DNA from: Zygnema circumcarinatum SAG 698-1b
Taxonomy: Eukaryota; Plantae; Zygnematophyceae
Direction: 5' to 3'
Assembly: GCA_037447605.1 (NCBI GenBank)
Contig: CM074813.1
Location: 1,302,001-1,366,000 of the forward strand
DNA length: 64,000 nucleotides
Position 1 is the stretch's first letter. Each line of letters begins with the position of its first letter. Positions 48,201 through 62,819 of this stretch are shown one piece after another. The notes under the pieces are model-generated. The model was not told where the DNA came from. It made no database searches and saw only the letters and a list, made by a program, of their open reading frames with translations. Position numbers and translations under genes: made by a program.

Positions 48201-51200
48201 GACCTTTCCTTGGAATCTAACAATCACTTACCATTGAAGCCTTACGCGTCCATGTTAAAAGGGAGTCCATCACGCTTTTGTTCGTGGCATGCCATCATAA
48301 GAGTCCAGAAATTGTATGCATAATCGACATATAGGTGGCAAAGAGCAGATGCAAGGTGTTTCAACTGTACGTGGTCTGTTGCAGTGAGAATATAGAAGGC
48401 GTAAAATTACAGCCGCACTATGATCCGAGAATGTTGACTGTTGTTGTTGTACTCATACTACCGCTGTATAACAGGATTGCTTTGCATGGATGAATATCAG
48501 TTTAAGCTTCAAAGGTTCTGTTTCCTTGACGGTTGAGGTAAGGTGGCACAAACTTGTGAGCCATCCAGCCACCGGTCAGTGGTCGAGAATGGCTCCTTTT
48601 CGTATTCTCAGTTTTGACATTGAGTGTTCGGGGCGGAAAGGGCATTTCCCTGAGCCTGACAAGGACCCCGTAATCCAAGTGAGCACCCCGTTCCTCAACA
48701 TTTTGGACCTTGGCGATAGGGGTCTTGTTATAAATGAGCGAAGTGGAGTGGACGGGGACAATAACAACAATTGTCGGACCAATTTATTGTGCGGATTGTG
48801 GGCCTTGGACGGTGCAGATTGCAAACCTGGTGACACTACAAGGAGAAAGTCGGCCTCTGTTAAGGAATGTCATGACGCTTGGGAGCTGCGCATCCATTAC
48901 AGGCGCAGACATTTTGTCGTTTGAGAAGGAGGAGGAGGTGCTACTGGCCTGGCGGGTAATGCTGCTCTATCGCTTTTCTTTGGTTAGCAGGCAGGTTTAC
49001 AACTGTGTTAGTATTGGAGATTTCTTTCCATTAAAAGAAGAAGGGCAAGGTTAGTGACGGCTTGCAAAGCCATCTACTCCAAGCCATGTTGGATTTTCCA
49101 TGTCACGATGAGTTTCTCTCTGAAGCTACTTACACAGTCTGCTTCGACAAATAGAGATGATACAGGTTGTCTTTTCATATCACCACTATCCTGGGATCTA
49201 CAAAAAGTTGGCGAGCAACAGCCACTCAAAGGTTGTATGTCTCCATCTTAAACGACGAATTTCATGGATCATGGTGCAGGACTTCGTGCAAAAGGTGGAC
49301 CCAGACATAATAATCGGTTATAATATTTGCAAGTTTGATCTGCCATATCTCATAGAGGTACGCCAAGGTGCAGGTCGACTTGTCTTGCTTGATTGTCAGT
49401 CGATAAACACAGCAAACCGGTTCTTGTGTTTGAGGTGTGCTTTCAAGTGAAAGCCGGCCTTGGAAACCTGAAGACTTTGGTATAGTTTGTTGATTTAAAT
49501 TTTCAATCGAGGGCAGTTCACTTAAAGTTTTTATCGTGCGCTTGCCTTCCAAAATTGCCTTTCGGAGGAAGAAAAAAAAAGAAAGAAAGTAAGAAAGGAA
49601 AGACAGGAGGAGAAACGTCGATCATGTGTACGATTTGTTCTAAGTTTGTGAGCACGGCATTCACAAATAGCGCGAGTGTGATTATTTAATGTGGCAGAGG
49701 GCAGAAACGCTCAAGATTGCAGCATTTAAGCTGCTTGGAAGGATACGCGGAAGCGCTTTGCGAATGCGCGACCAGAAATTTTCTTCAAGGTGCGATGCAG
49801 GCCATTAGCTGCACCGAGAGATGGATAAACCTTCTCATAGAGTTGATGCAGCTCTGCCTGCATCCATTTGGGAAGGCACTGGTGTCGGCTCAGCTGCAAG
49901 GAAATCTTGGGTCTGCTTCAAAAAGGAGATCAAAGACCTAAATGCGAGGGGGCAGGGGCTTGTAGTTGCTTTGACTAAATAGTGCTTCACATCACATGTA
50001 TGCTGTAGGAGTAAGCTTGGCAAAATCTTAATACGGAGGCATGTGTCAAACGCGGATTGGAGTCTCCTTAAGAGTGTGCCAGTTGGCCTGAAATGCAACT
50101 TGGGTTGGTTTTATGTGCTTGCCGGAGCATCCCAGGCAGTACGGCGTACGCGAAAGCAAAGAGGTGACCATAGAAGGACGGGTGCAGTTGGACTTGCTGC
50201 AGGCCATTCAGCGCGACTACAAGCTTTCGTCTTACTCTCTCAACTCTGTCTCCGCGCATTTCCTGAAAGAGCAGGTGCCGCTTTCCTGAAGTTCTCGCAT
50301 TCAGCTTGTACAGATGTGTGTCTGAGATTAGGGAGCATCCGTTTATCGGAGAGTGAGCAAAGAGCTTTTGCATGAGTTCTTTCCTTGTCATGGTAGTGTA
50401 AGTTCTTTGGTGCTACAGGCATTCTTTATTGATTGAGCACTTACTTGGACACTTCAGAGCGCAGCTTGAAGATACAGCAGGTGTAAAGACACAATGAGGA
50501 TGAGTTTCCTATACTGCTTGTCACGGCTTGAAGTGATTTTATGACGTTTCCCGAGCTTGTCAGTGGTGATTCACATAACTTTTCCAGCCTTTGCCAGGAC
50601 CCATTCTTTCTGGCTGGTAATGAGAAAGAGTACTTCCGCGGAGGTTGGAGCAGAAGGAGGACGTGCACCACTCCATCATTTCAGACCTTCAGAGGGGCTC
50701 TGCTGAAACACGGCGTCGCCTTGCTGTCTACTGCCTCAAGGTGTGCTTTTCCCCTTACATCCTTTCACACTTCTTTCGTTATGTTCATAGTTCCCCTTTC
50801 AGTTTTAGGACCTGTATCTGGAAGCAGTGTTCTCAGCTTCGTTCGGTGAGGTCATGAATCTCAGAAGCGGTAGACCCCTCCACACTACTTATTACCTTTC
50901 ATTAGGCCGCTTGAACGAGGATTTGCAATGAAAGTTTTTCTGCTTGGTTTGGGCAGGACGCCTATCTCCCGCAGCGTCTTCTTGACAAGCTGAAGTACGT
51001 CTTCAATTATGTGGAAATGGCACGCGTGACAGGTGTTCCGATCGCCTTCCTCCTTGCCCGAGGCCAAAGCATCAAGGTATTAGCTCATGAAATATTGCGT
51101 AGAACGCAGGAGCGGCGTCTTGGTTGAGAAACCTTCCAAGCACTTTATGGTTTGACAAGTTTAGCCTTTGGTGTAGTGTAAGTGCACTCGCTGGAAATCA

Positions 51201-54200
51201 GGTGAAGGATCATTAGAGCGGTCCTTTCAGCCAAAAGGGGAGGATGTCCGCTGGTAGGGATTAGATGGTGGACTGGATTAATTGCTGGAGGCACATGCAT
51301 GCGAGCAGGTGCTCTCTCAAATTCTGAGGAAGGCTCGGCAACGCAATCTGCTCATCCCCAATCTTAAAGTGCAGGGCGGTCCTGCAGAAACGTATGAAGG
51401 TGCAACGGTATGGAGCCAAATCTGGGACCCCGTATGCTTGAGGGACGTTTTTTGTACTCTTTGGTGAAGGTTGAAGGTTATTTTAGCTCTCCTTGCTGCT
51501 TCTGTTGAAGTAGAGGTAAGATGGGTGGTGGGTGTTACAACGCAGGTGCTTGAGCCAAAGCAGGGATACTACGAAAAGCCCGTTGCAACTCTAGACTTCG
51601 CCTCCCTGTACCCCTCCATCATGATGGCGCATAACCTTTGCTACTGCACTCTGGTAAGACCCTTTTGTTTATTTCTACGCAGCACGTTTCTTCCTCTGTG
51701 GCTGCAGGCTTGTCCTATCTTCCTGTATGAATCTTTGCGTGCATCCTGAAGGAGAACCTCTCTTGTTTGTTAAATTTTCTAATTTCATCCCAATTTGTGC
51801 CTGCTTCTGCAACTGCATGCAGGTGCCACGTGAGCAAGTGAACAGTTTGCCCCCCGATTGCGTCAGCCGGACTCCGACCGGAGATGTGTTTGTAAAGCCG
51901 TCTGTGACCAAGGTTGTGGCTCAATGCTGTCTTTTCTTAATTCATTTTTCTAAAATTAGAGTGTACAAGTTTAAGTGTGCCGGCTTTTTGTTTGACTGGC
52001 ATTTTCACTCTCGCCATGCGGCTCTTTTGTGCTTTTGGCTGAATTGAGGAGTGATGAGGCGGACTCTGATCACATGTGCTGCTGCATTGGCCATTCTCTA
52101 GGGCATTCTCCCGGAGATATTGGAAGAGTTGTTGGGCGCAAGAAAAAGAGCGAAAGCGGACCTCAAGGTGCCATGCTTCGCATTCACCTCCGCCTATTTG
52201 TGCTTGAAAGAATTTGAACTACAATTGCAGTAACCGAATATGTTGCAAAAATTTAACTTCCATTGAATTGGGAACAAGTGATCTTGATAAATCATCACTC
52301 CCACCCGTCCATTCCTCAAAAGTGATGAAACTATGCAAGTTTTGCTGTGATCTCCCCTCCCCCCTCCCCCCTCCCCCCCCCCCCAAAAACCCTTGGAAAG
52401 TCAAGTCGTTATCAAGGAAGGGCGTTATTCGGTTGCAGTGAATGAATGACACGAGCATCCCTGGCTGACCTTTTTTCTTTTCTTTTCTCGTTGTTGCGAG
52501 GATGATTGTGCAATTCAGGCGGCGACGGATCCCTTTGAGAAGGCAGTGCTGGATGGTCGCCAGCTGGCACTCAAGGTCAGTGCTTTAGCCTTGTAGACTC
52601 GGTCCTAGTGAGGTCTCTTTCAAGCGTTTTGCTAGGGTTTTCAGCTTAGCTTAGATATGGCAAAAACTGGAAAGGTATTGTTCGAGATGTGGATTGGGAG
52701 AATCTCTCTATGACACCATCAGCCACTCGGTTTTCATAAATTCTTTTGTTCGAATGGGTGAATTTTGTGCAATCCTTTGTCAATTTGTCGATAAATACAG
52801 CCCAGGTTGTTCTCGTGATATTCTGATTCGGTTTTAGACGTTGGACGTATTGTATGGCGTTTGGCTCATTTTTAAGGCTTCAAAGTTTTTAAGCCCGTCC
52901 ATGGCTGCTTGGAGGGCTGAGCAGATGAGTGCCAACTCTGTGTATGGCTTTACGGGAGCAACGGTGGGGGCTCTGCCCTGCTTGGAAATCTCCTCCAGTG
53001 TGACCGGCTATGGTGGGACTCTGCTGCCAAAGTCCGGGGGGGTAACTAGACTGCTTTGTTGCGGGACAATGTTGACTCACTTTGACTATCCTTGAAAGGA
53101 CTTAGTGGCCAGGGTTAGCCAAGTGATTGAGGCGGGAGAATCACTGCGTCATCATGCTAGCATGTACACATATGTGCGGCTTGAATACTTGTTTAAGATG
53201 TATGGGAGTCATACGTTGGATATTGGAAAGATGAATGGGGCCTGAGCTGTGCTGCGTTACGTGTTGCAGGGCGAGAGATGATAGAGCTGACGAGGCAGAA
53301 GGTGTTGGAGACATACAACATGAAGAACGGCTACTTACAGGATGCCGATGTAAGTTCGTCATATCCTTGAGCTGAAATTTGCTGATACGATGTTGCGCAT
53401 TTTAAAACCCTGTCATCAAGAGATTCGCTCCTTTTTTTGAACTCTATCAGTAAGGTAGGCTACAAAATTTTGGGTTTCCTGCTTCTCCCTCGCTGCACTC
53501 CAGAAAGCTTTCCTCCAGCTCCCAGCAATTTAATTAATAGCTATTGAAATTGTCAATCTGACAGAGGACGACTTTCGGTTCTTGAGTTGTCAGGTTGTAT
53601 ATGGTGATACGGACTCTGTGATGGTGAACTTTGGAGTGGAGGGTGTGGACGAAGCGATGAAGTTGGGGCAGGAGGCAGCTGAGCTCATCAGTTCCACCTT
53701 TCCAAAGGCAGGGCCCGTCATCATTCTCTTTTCACTGCTCACCTCTAACCTGGGGGGGTCTGAGCACTCCCACCTGTACGACTTAAGAAGGTGAAGCCTT
53801 TCATGTTAGCTCGTGAAGCCGCTGACATTCAATTTTTATCTGGTGGTTGTCTTGGTTGTGGGCAGCCAATCAAGCTGGAATTTGAGAAGGTGTATTTCCC
53901 ATACCTGCTTATCAGCAAGAAAAGATACGCAGGATTGCTCTGGACAAGCCCTGCGAAGTATGATAAGATGGATACCAAAGGTAGGCCTTTTCAAACAGTC
54001 GCACGTGCTCCCTGATGCAACAGGGATGTGGTTTGCATTTTTCATAAACGTCAGTGACCTTCCTCTTTTGTTCATGACTGATTTATCGCCAATCGCACAG
54101 CTGCAATCAGAGAGCATTAGCTTAGCCCTGCACTGAGAGCTGCTTAGAAGACTCTCCCTCAGCTGAGGCATGGTTGTCTGTGGCAGGTATTGAGACGGTG

Positions 54201-56739
54201 AGGAGAGATAACTGCCTGTTGGTGAAGAACCTAGTAACGGAGTGTCTGCGTCTTATTCTTGTGGAGAGAAATGTCCCCGAAGCTGTCTCGTATGTGAAGG
54301 GCACCATTGCCGATCTCCTCATGAACCGCGTTGACCTCTCGCTGCTTGTTATCACCAAGGTGAGGAGTCTCCTCATTAGGTTAAGTGCCGGTGAGAGCTT
54401 TGAATGTTGGAGTGTGAGCTTATGGGGTGTTGGAGGATTGGATTTCAGCCAAACACTTCAGCCGTATCCTTTTTGGCACTAACTTTGGAAGTAACAAACT
54501 TGTTTTCTAATGTTCAGAACTAGAAGAGATTGATAATCCTACATGTCGCATATTTAGCCGACGCTTTTGCCTCCACAGTGAGGGAAGCAATAGGCACTGC
54601 CAGAGTTTCTCTTTCGGGCGTTGAAATGCTGAACTCCATTCCCACCCGTTGGTGCCGGCAGGGATTATCAAAAACAGGTGATGATTATGCGGTGAAAGCT
54701 GCCCACGTGGAACTGGCTGAACGCATGCGCAAGGTGAGTCGTTAGGGCTCTCCAGTGTGCGCGTGGATGCTTTCAGACACGCACAACTGAGAAAGGGGCT
54801 TTCGTAGATACTACTTGGAGACCAAATCTTGCTATTTCACTAGAGGCACGTATGACCTTATGCATTCTTTTGTTAGCTACTTTCTTTTCAATATATGTAA
54901 GGGCCCCTGTTTGAGAAGGAGAGTGTGTCCGGAGTTGGGGTTATGGAGGGAATTTTCTCACATGGGCAAAGAAAGGGAAACGAGGTTTCAGCGAGATGCA
55001 GCCACTGCACCAGGAATTGGCGACCGAGTGCCTTACGTCATCGTCAAGGCAAGCAAAGGAGCCAAGGTGATTCCTTCTTTTCCATCCCTCGTACTGAGAG
55101 GAGGCCGGTAGCAGCTTTACTTTGTATATATTCAATTCGAGTGCCAACCTTCGATGTCCAGACTAAGGCCCGTTTTGTGCCTGGTCTATGTATGCCTGAC
55201 TAAGCAACTGGCATTCAATTCGAGCTGCTCCGTACATCCATGGAACAACCTCCTTAACCACAACTTCCTAAGAATTGTAGCCAACGCCTCGTTCATGCAT
55301 TGGCCCGAATTGATCAAGGCAAAAGTGCTTCGTATCAATTTCTTGTTTATATTTTGAGGCCTGGTAGGCGTATGAGAAGTCGGAAGACCCTATCCATGTT
55401 TTGGAGCATAACATCCCCATCGATCCTCAGTATTACCTGGAAAATCAGCTCAGCAAGGTCAGTGCTTCCTCTTGACGGCGCGTTGGGAGGGAAAGGGGGT
55501 CGCTCAGAATGGAAACTGGGCAGCAAGAAGGGTTGTTATGTACATCGTCCCCCCATCTGGGATTGCTTGTGTGCAAGCCAAATAGAATACTTTTCTCCGT
55601 TTACTCTATGGATATGGGGGGTGGTGCGAGGAAGGTAAGGAGCTTTCTTCATGAATTACAGAGTTATGAAGTAAGTGTTGTTTATGCACTTGAGTGCATG
55701 CTGGGGAATGGGATACAGCCTCTTCTGAGAATATTCGACCCCATATTGAAGAACGCTGCAAAGGAGCTCCTCCAGGGAAACCACACGCGTGCTGTGTCCA
55801 TTTCAACGCCAACCGCAGGAGGGATTATGAAGTTTGCAAAAGTGAAGCTTTCCTGCCTCGGTTGCAAAACACCTCTTAGGTGAGACTGGGCCTCCTTTGT
55901 GCACCGCTTGTGCTTTCGGTGGTTCAGGGAAAGTAATGGTGGATGGATTTCATGGAGTAAAAGGGGTATATCAATATATTTGTCTTTTTTCTCCTTTTTG
56001 AGGGACCCGAGGGCCGGTGGGTGGGTGGGGGGGTGGGAGATGTTTGGGCTAGGCCTCTTAAAATTCTGATATGCATGTGATGTGGGGGGGCACAGTGAAA
56101 AGGACTCCACGTTGTGCAAGCATTGTCGAAGCCGAGAAAGTGAAATCTACCAGAAGACCATCGCCAGTGGTGAGTGCTGCCGCCTCCTGGAGATGGCAGA
56201 CATTCACTCACTCACTCTCACTCTACATGTGCTCTTTTCTAGTTGCTGAGAACCGCGAAGGTGCTCATCTAAACGGCCAGGTTTGGCCCCTTGTTTGGTT
56301 GTTTTCTAATGCCGTTGATTGGTTCTCCACATTTGCAAAGTTTGGGTCCACATTGGCAAGTTCATATTTTTCTCTGCCAGACCCTGACACTAACCCTAAC
56401 CCTAACCCTAACTCCATCCGCACCATCTGCTGCAGTGAGGGAGGTGGAGCAGCAGTTCAGCCGCCTGTGGACGCAGTGCCAGAGATGTCAGGGCAGTCTG
56501 CATCAGGAAGTTCTATGTACCAGGTGCGTGGCCCTATTGAGGCGACATATGGCACGAGGACTAAAGAGCAAGAATGCATCGTAGTGTGCTTAAGGAGTGA
56601 ATTTCCTCACTGTGAGGCTGACATGGGGTCACTGCTGGGTCTGACTGGCAGTCGGGATTGTCCCATATTCTACCGGAGACGGAAGGCACAGAAAGATCTC
56701 ACGGAAGCAGAGGCGCAACTAGAGAGGTTTCAGTTTTGA
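45201..56739 (+). CDS. POLD1: DNA polymerase delta catalytic subunit, >25 exons
   Basis: ExoI LSFDIEC, Exo[10 protein letters not shown]; polymerase motifs [32 protein letters not shown]; CysA (CLGC...CKHC) and CysB (CQRC...CTSRDC); ends ERFQF*. Confidence 0.98.
48190..48542 (+). other. Probable U12-type (minor spliceosome) GT-AG intron in POLD1
   Basis: 5' site GTATCCCC; branch site TTTCCTTGAC (48521-48530) 12 nt before the exon; no polypyrimidine tract; splicing restores QLEFDIL-WHKLVSH. Confidence 0.8.
56390..56412. repeat. Short interstitial telomere-like (CCCTAA)3 tract in a POLD1 intron
   Basis: ctaaccctaaccctaaccctaac. Confidence 0.7.
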
Positions 56740-57495
56740 AGGGCTTCTTTTGGGGAGGGGGGAGCGGTTCCAGCTCCAATTCGGTTCCGGTTTTGAAGCG
56801 CATCCAACGTTCGCCCTCATTGTATTGTGCATAGCTCGTTTTTGTCTTCGTGCGTTCATCCAATGTAGGCAGAGGTTTAGGTCTTGCGGCATTTGTTTAT
56901 AAGTGCGCTTTATTTTGTTGTATGTAGAATCCTTCATACGGAAATTACCTGTGCGAAGTTAGGGCACGCCATTGGCTATAGAGGTCGATAAGCAGCGAAA
57001 CCGTGCCTCGAGCAGTTCTCTTTTGTTAGCAGTCGGGTCTGCGAAACAGTGAACAGAAGAATCATGTAAACGCAGCTCAGCGGAGTCAGGTGGAAGCAGC
57101 TCCATCCTCACTTCTTGCTTTCGCTGTAAGCAGCGCTCATCCCCGTGCACAGTGCTTGTAATGCTTGGAGCATCCAATGTTGTGCGAAGGTGGTCAGTGT
57201 TGACGTTAACATTGGTGCATTCATTACAATCCCTCAATCGGCAGTAATCGAAAAGTTCTCAATCATACCGAGGCTGTACGTGCGCATTGCACTCCACAAA
57301 GAAGCCTCCAATGCATCCCCGCGTTGCCGTCAGTGACCAGTGCAAGGAGATGCGCAGGGGATGCCGTGACAGGCGAAGGGGAAGGCGATGTGACAGGGGA
57401 CTCCACCCACGTTCATGGATCCCCATCAACACATGACAGACATGGCTCCCATGTCGCAACTGGAAGCTGGGAAACTTTAGACGAATGCCGTCGGG

Positions 57496-57531
57496 GACTT
57501 GACTTGACTTGACTTGAATTGACTTGACTTG
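57496..57531. repeat. (GACTT)n pentanucleotide repeat
   Basis: Directly visible. Confidence 0.9.
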
Positions 57532-58074
57532 GCGCCGTGGCCGTGCATACCAAACACCTTGATGGCTGTGACCAATGCTCGCCCTTCACTTGTTATGACT
57601 AATGACCAATAACTAATGACTAGTCAACAATGACCATAGCGTCATTCCGCCACCTGCCAGGCAGCCGGGCAAGCGCCGCCGACACCTCCGGCCGCAATGG
57701 CGGCCAGATGCAGTGCACCTGCCGACTGCGAGATCGGTCGGGCAGTTGGCCCGCTCGCTCCGCCAGCGTGGCGGCCGCCAGAAGGTGGCGCGCAACTTTC
57801 GCGGATCAGGAGGGAAATATGTTTGCCTTTCAAAAGATCTATTTTGGGCACGGGTAGAAATTTTCGCCCAATCATAAGCATTCAAATTTCGAGGACGGTC
57901 GTTTTCCTGACTGAAAACGACTGTTTTCCGCCTTAAAAAAGATAGTGTGCGGAATTTGGATGCGGGCGGCGGCCTTGTAAGGGGCTTGTTACTGCTCGCG
58001 GTGACTCCCTCTTCCACTCACTCTTTCCCTCTCGCTCTCGCTCTCTCGCGCTCCCACCGCGCCTTCCTCTCAGA

Positions 58075-61000
58075 ATGGCGGGAGCAGCACCTGCTCTGCG
58101 CGGGCCGAAGGAATATGACCTTGAGCCGCTTCGCCATCCCGACCTTGTCATCAACTCCGAGGTGAGTTCTGAGGGAGGCGCAGGGCGATAAAGTGAGGGG
58201 CTTCATTTCATTGACATAGTACACTTGTACCACGCTGCAGGTGAATAATTTTTAGATGTTTTATTATTTCTTACATGAAGGCAGCAACATGCTGTTGCAG
58301 ATTCTGCACAACTGTCATTTTCATTTGTTTCAGTTGGCTGCTTCGTTACTTTAAACCGCTTTCTAGCTTCTTGGAAAGGAGTGGCGCCCCTAAATCTTCC
58401 TACTCTCTCTCGCTTTCTTGCTCGCTCTATGTTTTACACATTCCACTTCCTCTCCTCCATTCCCAGTTTGTCCTCCCACTATATTTGCGGTGTTTATGTT
58501 CTTGCGTTTAAAATTTGCTTCATATACTCGACTTTAAGAAGGTATAATCAGTATCTGTGTACTTCTTCCTGCTTCAGAAGCCCTTTAATGCGGAACCTCC
58601 GCCTCCTGCACTCGCGCTGTCATTCATTACTCCAGTCGATATGTTCTACAAAAGAAATCATGGACCTATTCCCGTTTTGGATGACCCTGACAGGTGTGTA
58701 TGCGACTTAGCGTGAATGCGGTAAAGCTGTAACCTATTCGTTTTTTAATTTTCTCGGGAATTTAACTTGTTGCAGTAATTGTGATTATCCACTTGAAAAA
58801 TAGAGCTTCCTTTTAATACTTTGCACAGGTTCACAATGAGCAGTCGTTTTTTGTCATTTTTGAATTGTCCTTTCCTTAGCCCCCCTCTCTTTTTTGAGTT
58901 ATAGGGTTCTTCAAACTGAGTTCGTAATAGATAAGCAGACGGGGGGAGGAAAGAAAGACTCGAAAGCAAGTTTAGCGAGGATGAAGCCCCAGGGGCAAAA
59001 ACTGCTTAGGAGAATGTTGAATCATGTTGTGAAATGTGCAACGAGCTGTATGATAAGTTTAGATGAAGGGGCTTGGGGATCTCTTCTCTACTATGGTTGG
59101 CTGGCCAGAAGCGGGTCTTATGGTTTATCAAATATTACAATGTGGAATTCATCGGTGAATAGGGATTTAATACTTGCGTTAAAGCATATTTAGATCTGAC
59201 AAGGACAACTGCACTCCTTTACATTCAAAACCATTGAGCCATTGTTGGTAAACCGTTGTAAAGCAACTGGTCAAGTTAGATTTGATTTACATTCGTTTTG
59301 CCAAGTTAGATGAAATATTACTTTAGTCATCCCATAAATTTCTGTTGATCTTATCAGTCAATTGAGAACCGATTCGGATTTTCATCACTGGTGTGTTTCC
59401 GTATGCAGATACACTCTCGAAATTGGAGGGCTTGTTCCCAAGCCGATTTCGCTAAGCTTGCAGCAAATCAAGTGAGCTTCGCTTGCCATAGTTCTGCTGC
59501 CTCAGTGGTCTCTCTTCACCCCCCCTTTCTCTCTCTCTCTCTCTTTCCCCCTCTCTCCTTCTCCTTCCCCCCTCTCTCTTTTGTTCGCTCTCTTTCAATC
59601 TCTTCCCCCCTTCTCTTCCTCTCTCACTCTCTCTCTCTCTCCCACACACACACGTGCACACGCGCAGAAACATGCACAGTCTTCCTTCTTTAAGGGTTTG
59701 CAAGTGCTAGTTGGGCTGGCCATGAGTGCAGGAAGGAAACTTTAGTGAGCTGGTGTTTCCTTCCTGTATTTGGGCCGCCGTTTGCAGGACCTTGCCGAAG
59801 GTGACAGTTGTTGCCACTCTTCAGGTACTCAATTTCTCCTCCCCTCCCTCCCTCTCTCTTTGTTTCCTCCTTTCCATTTCTGTCGCTCTCTCCCTCGCCT
59901 ACCCTCTCTCTAAACCCAAAATCTGTTCACGTCCCACTTGCTTCCTCCATCCTTTTGCGTTGCCCCCTTCCTCCCTCCCCACCCGCAATCCCCATTCTCT
60001 CGTCCCCTCTTCGATGATTGGAAATGGAGACTCGGATCCCTCTGCTTGGTCTGTTGCATGGCTACTCCCATGCAGACTGCTGGTTTTTTAGTGGCTTTTC
60101 TTCTAACTAACTCCTCTCAAACAAGGTGGCATTTTTTTGCAGTGTGCGGGAAATAGGCGAACAGAAATGTCCCTTCAAAAAAAAGTGAAGGGTGTCGGTT
60201 GGGGCCTGGGGGCACTTGGGAACGGTAGGCTGCTCTAAAGTTTTTCAGACCCGACGAAATGAACTTTTTAAGCCCAAGTATAAAGATCTTTACGAACCTA
60301 AGAACGAAAAACCTGAAACCTTGTGAAATGCCTTTACTCCAGGGGAATGAGGATTGTAGAAACTCCTTGGACCATTAACGATTTTTTAGTTCGTAATTTC
60401 CTAAAATTCTAGAAAAAATAAATGGCTCGTTTGAAGTTCGACTGATATTTGCCCAGTCTTTTTACATATACCTTATGACGTGTTTTTCATACGAACAGCA
60501 TCATGGGCCGGAGCCCGGCTTGCGGATGTCTTGGCTCTTGCTGGCGTTCCGATTGGTTCAAGCTCTACACCAATGGGAGGACTCCATGTGGAGTTCATCA
60601 GTGTGGACGTATGCAAGGTGAGGACAAACAATTCCAACAAACACAGTTGTATCGTTGAGTTCACAAATCGATTCTGCTTTTGCATTAAATATATATAGGC
60701 GACGTGGGTCGTAAACGCCACAATATTGATTTGGCGATTACCTAAACCTTACTTACCTTGGTAAGATAGTAAGGAATGAGTGTTCAGGGTTCCCCTGTTG
60801 ACAGGAGGAGGAAGGCGGGCCGTACAAGGCTTCACTCCCTTTAAAGCAGGCAACATCGCTAGACGCGGAGGTGCTAGTGGCGTATGAGATGAATGGGGCG
60901 GTGAGCTAACCCTGAAAAGTTAATATCTCGATAGTTTTCAGAAACTCTTAAGAGCCCTTAAGTCGTCAAGTGCCTGTTAACTCTGAATACTCTAATCGAT

Positions 61001-62819
61001 TTTGAGAACGAAGTTGTCTTGCCATTTCTGTATTCAGACCTACACTCAGCTGATATGGTCCTCTCTCATGGGTGAATGCGGTGGTGCGAAAGGTGAGAAA
61101 GTATGGAGAAGATTGAACTCTGATCCGGTGTCGTCATTATGTATTATTTCAGGCACTGAACAGAGACCACGGATTTCCGCTGCGCACAGTGGTGCCGGGA
61201 GTCATTGGTGCACGATCTGTGAAGTGGTTGCAGAGCATCATCGTTCAGCCCTCTGAAAGTGATGTGAGTATAAGCCATCTGACCTGATATGAGTCGTGGA
61301 CTATTCTCTCTCGCTTGTGCCTTTCCTATCTACCTTCCTTTCCTCTATCCCCGTTTATTTGCCTCCCTTCTTTTATTTCCTTGTTCTTTTCTCGTTGTTT
61401 TCCCTCGCAACCGCTCTCCTTCTATCTCGGTGTTTCTTCTACTTGTCCCCCATTTCTCTTTCTATTCTTTCACTCGCTCGCTTTTCCCCTGCCTTTCTTC
61501 GCTTCCATCCGGCTCTCGCCTCTTTCTCGTACTGTCCTCCTCACCTCGGCATTTGTACAACTAAGCATACCTTTCCGTTTTTTTTTTTCCAGGGCTTTTT
61601 TGTGCAGAGGGACTACAAGATGTTCCCTCCCTCAGTTGATTGGCACAACGTGAATTGGTCTTCACGCCGCCCCATAATGGACTTCCCAGTTCAGGTACAC
61701 GTCCACCCCTCTTCATTACATCGAGCTCATGCTTCAGTGAGCTATTGTCCCGAAACCTTGTTTTGTTTGCATTGTATGTGGTTCGGCTTCTAACGCTAAT
61801 GGACCCTATTGACCCTTTGAAACTATGGACTACACCTGGAAATCCTCAAAACTTGAAAAAGTTCAAAGAAACAGTGTCGTTTCTAAAGGGGCTATTGCTG
61901 GTTGCCTGCAGTCTGCAATCTGTGAACCAGTCGACCTGGAAGTGGTGCCACCTGGAAGCAGGGTAAGCGGCTGTAATGTATTATTTTTTTTAGGATGTAA
62001 CTGCATACTTTTGAGACGGCATAGTGGAAAGGCAAGAATGTCGTCTTTTTCTTTTTTGCCGGGGGACGGTCATGATTTTCTTCGGAATTCAAGATTTTGA
62101 CCCTATGCTTACCTTATGCTTATGCTGCTCCCTGCTGTGTAACAGAGGACCATTCGAGGCTACGCAATTTCTGGCGGAGGGCGTGGCATAGAGCGTGTGG
62201 ATGTGTCTGCAGATGGCGGAAAGAGCTGGGTGGAAGCAAGAAGGCTGCCCCAATCAGAAGATGCAGAAGGTGTCTACGTGGCAGATGATGACAGCACAAG
62301 AAAACAGTGGGCGTGGGTGCTTTGGGAGGCTGACGTCACTCTGCACACCCCCTGTGCCCTTGTGGCTCGCTCGGTGAGTTCCCTGCGAAAGATAGCGAGA
62401 GGGAGAGAGTGGTCACAGTGAGGGAGTGGGGGAGTGGGGGAGCGTAGGGGAGGATAGAGGCCGAGAGATGTGGGGGAATGCTTGAGGAGCTTGAAGGGAC
62501 GAGGAAGAACGAGGCGGAGACGGGATGGGTGAGTGTGACGGAGAAAAGCGGGAATAGAGAGGGAGGGAGGGAGTGGAGAGAAGCAGTAGGGATGTGGGGA
62601 AAGGGAGAATGGGAGGGAGAAGTGATGTCCATCGAGACCATGACCGTTGCCGATGGCTCTCGTGATTGTCAGGTGGACATAGCGAGCAGCACGCAGCCGG
62701 AAAATGTGGATTCCATTTGGAACCTCCGTGGAGTTCTCAACAACTCGTGGCATTGCATTCGCATCAACGCGCCGAGCCCTCACTCTGAACGGTCACACAA
62801 GGCCCTTTCCAGTCTCTGA
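58075..62819 (+). CDS. SO: Plant-type (heme-less) peroxisomal sulfite oxidase, ~12 exons
   Basis: [17 protein letters not shown], Moco Cys in [49 protein letters not shown]; PTS1-type SSL* end. Confidence 0.96.

Noticed and set aside
53361-53368. ATATCCTT (AT-AC U12 donor consensus)
   Set aside because: Lies inside an intron already explained by a GTAAGT donor 11 nt upstream that preserves the protein frame
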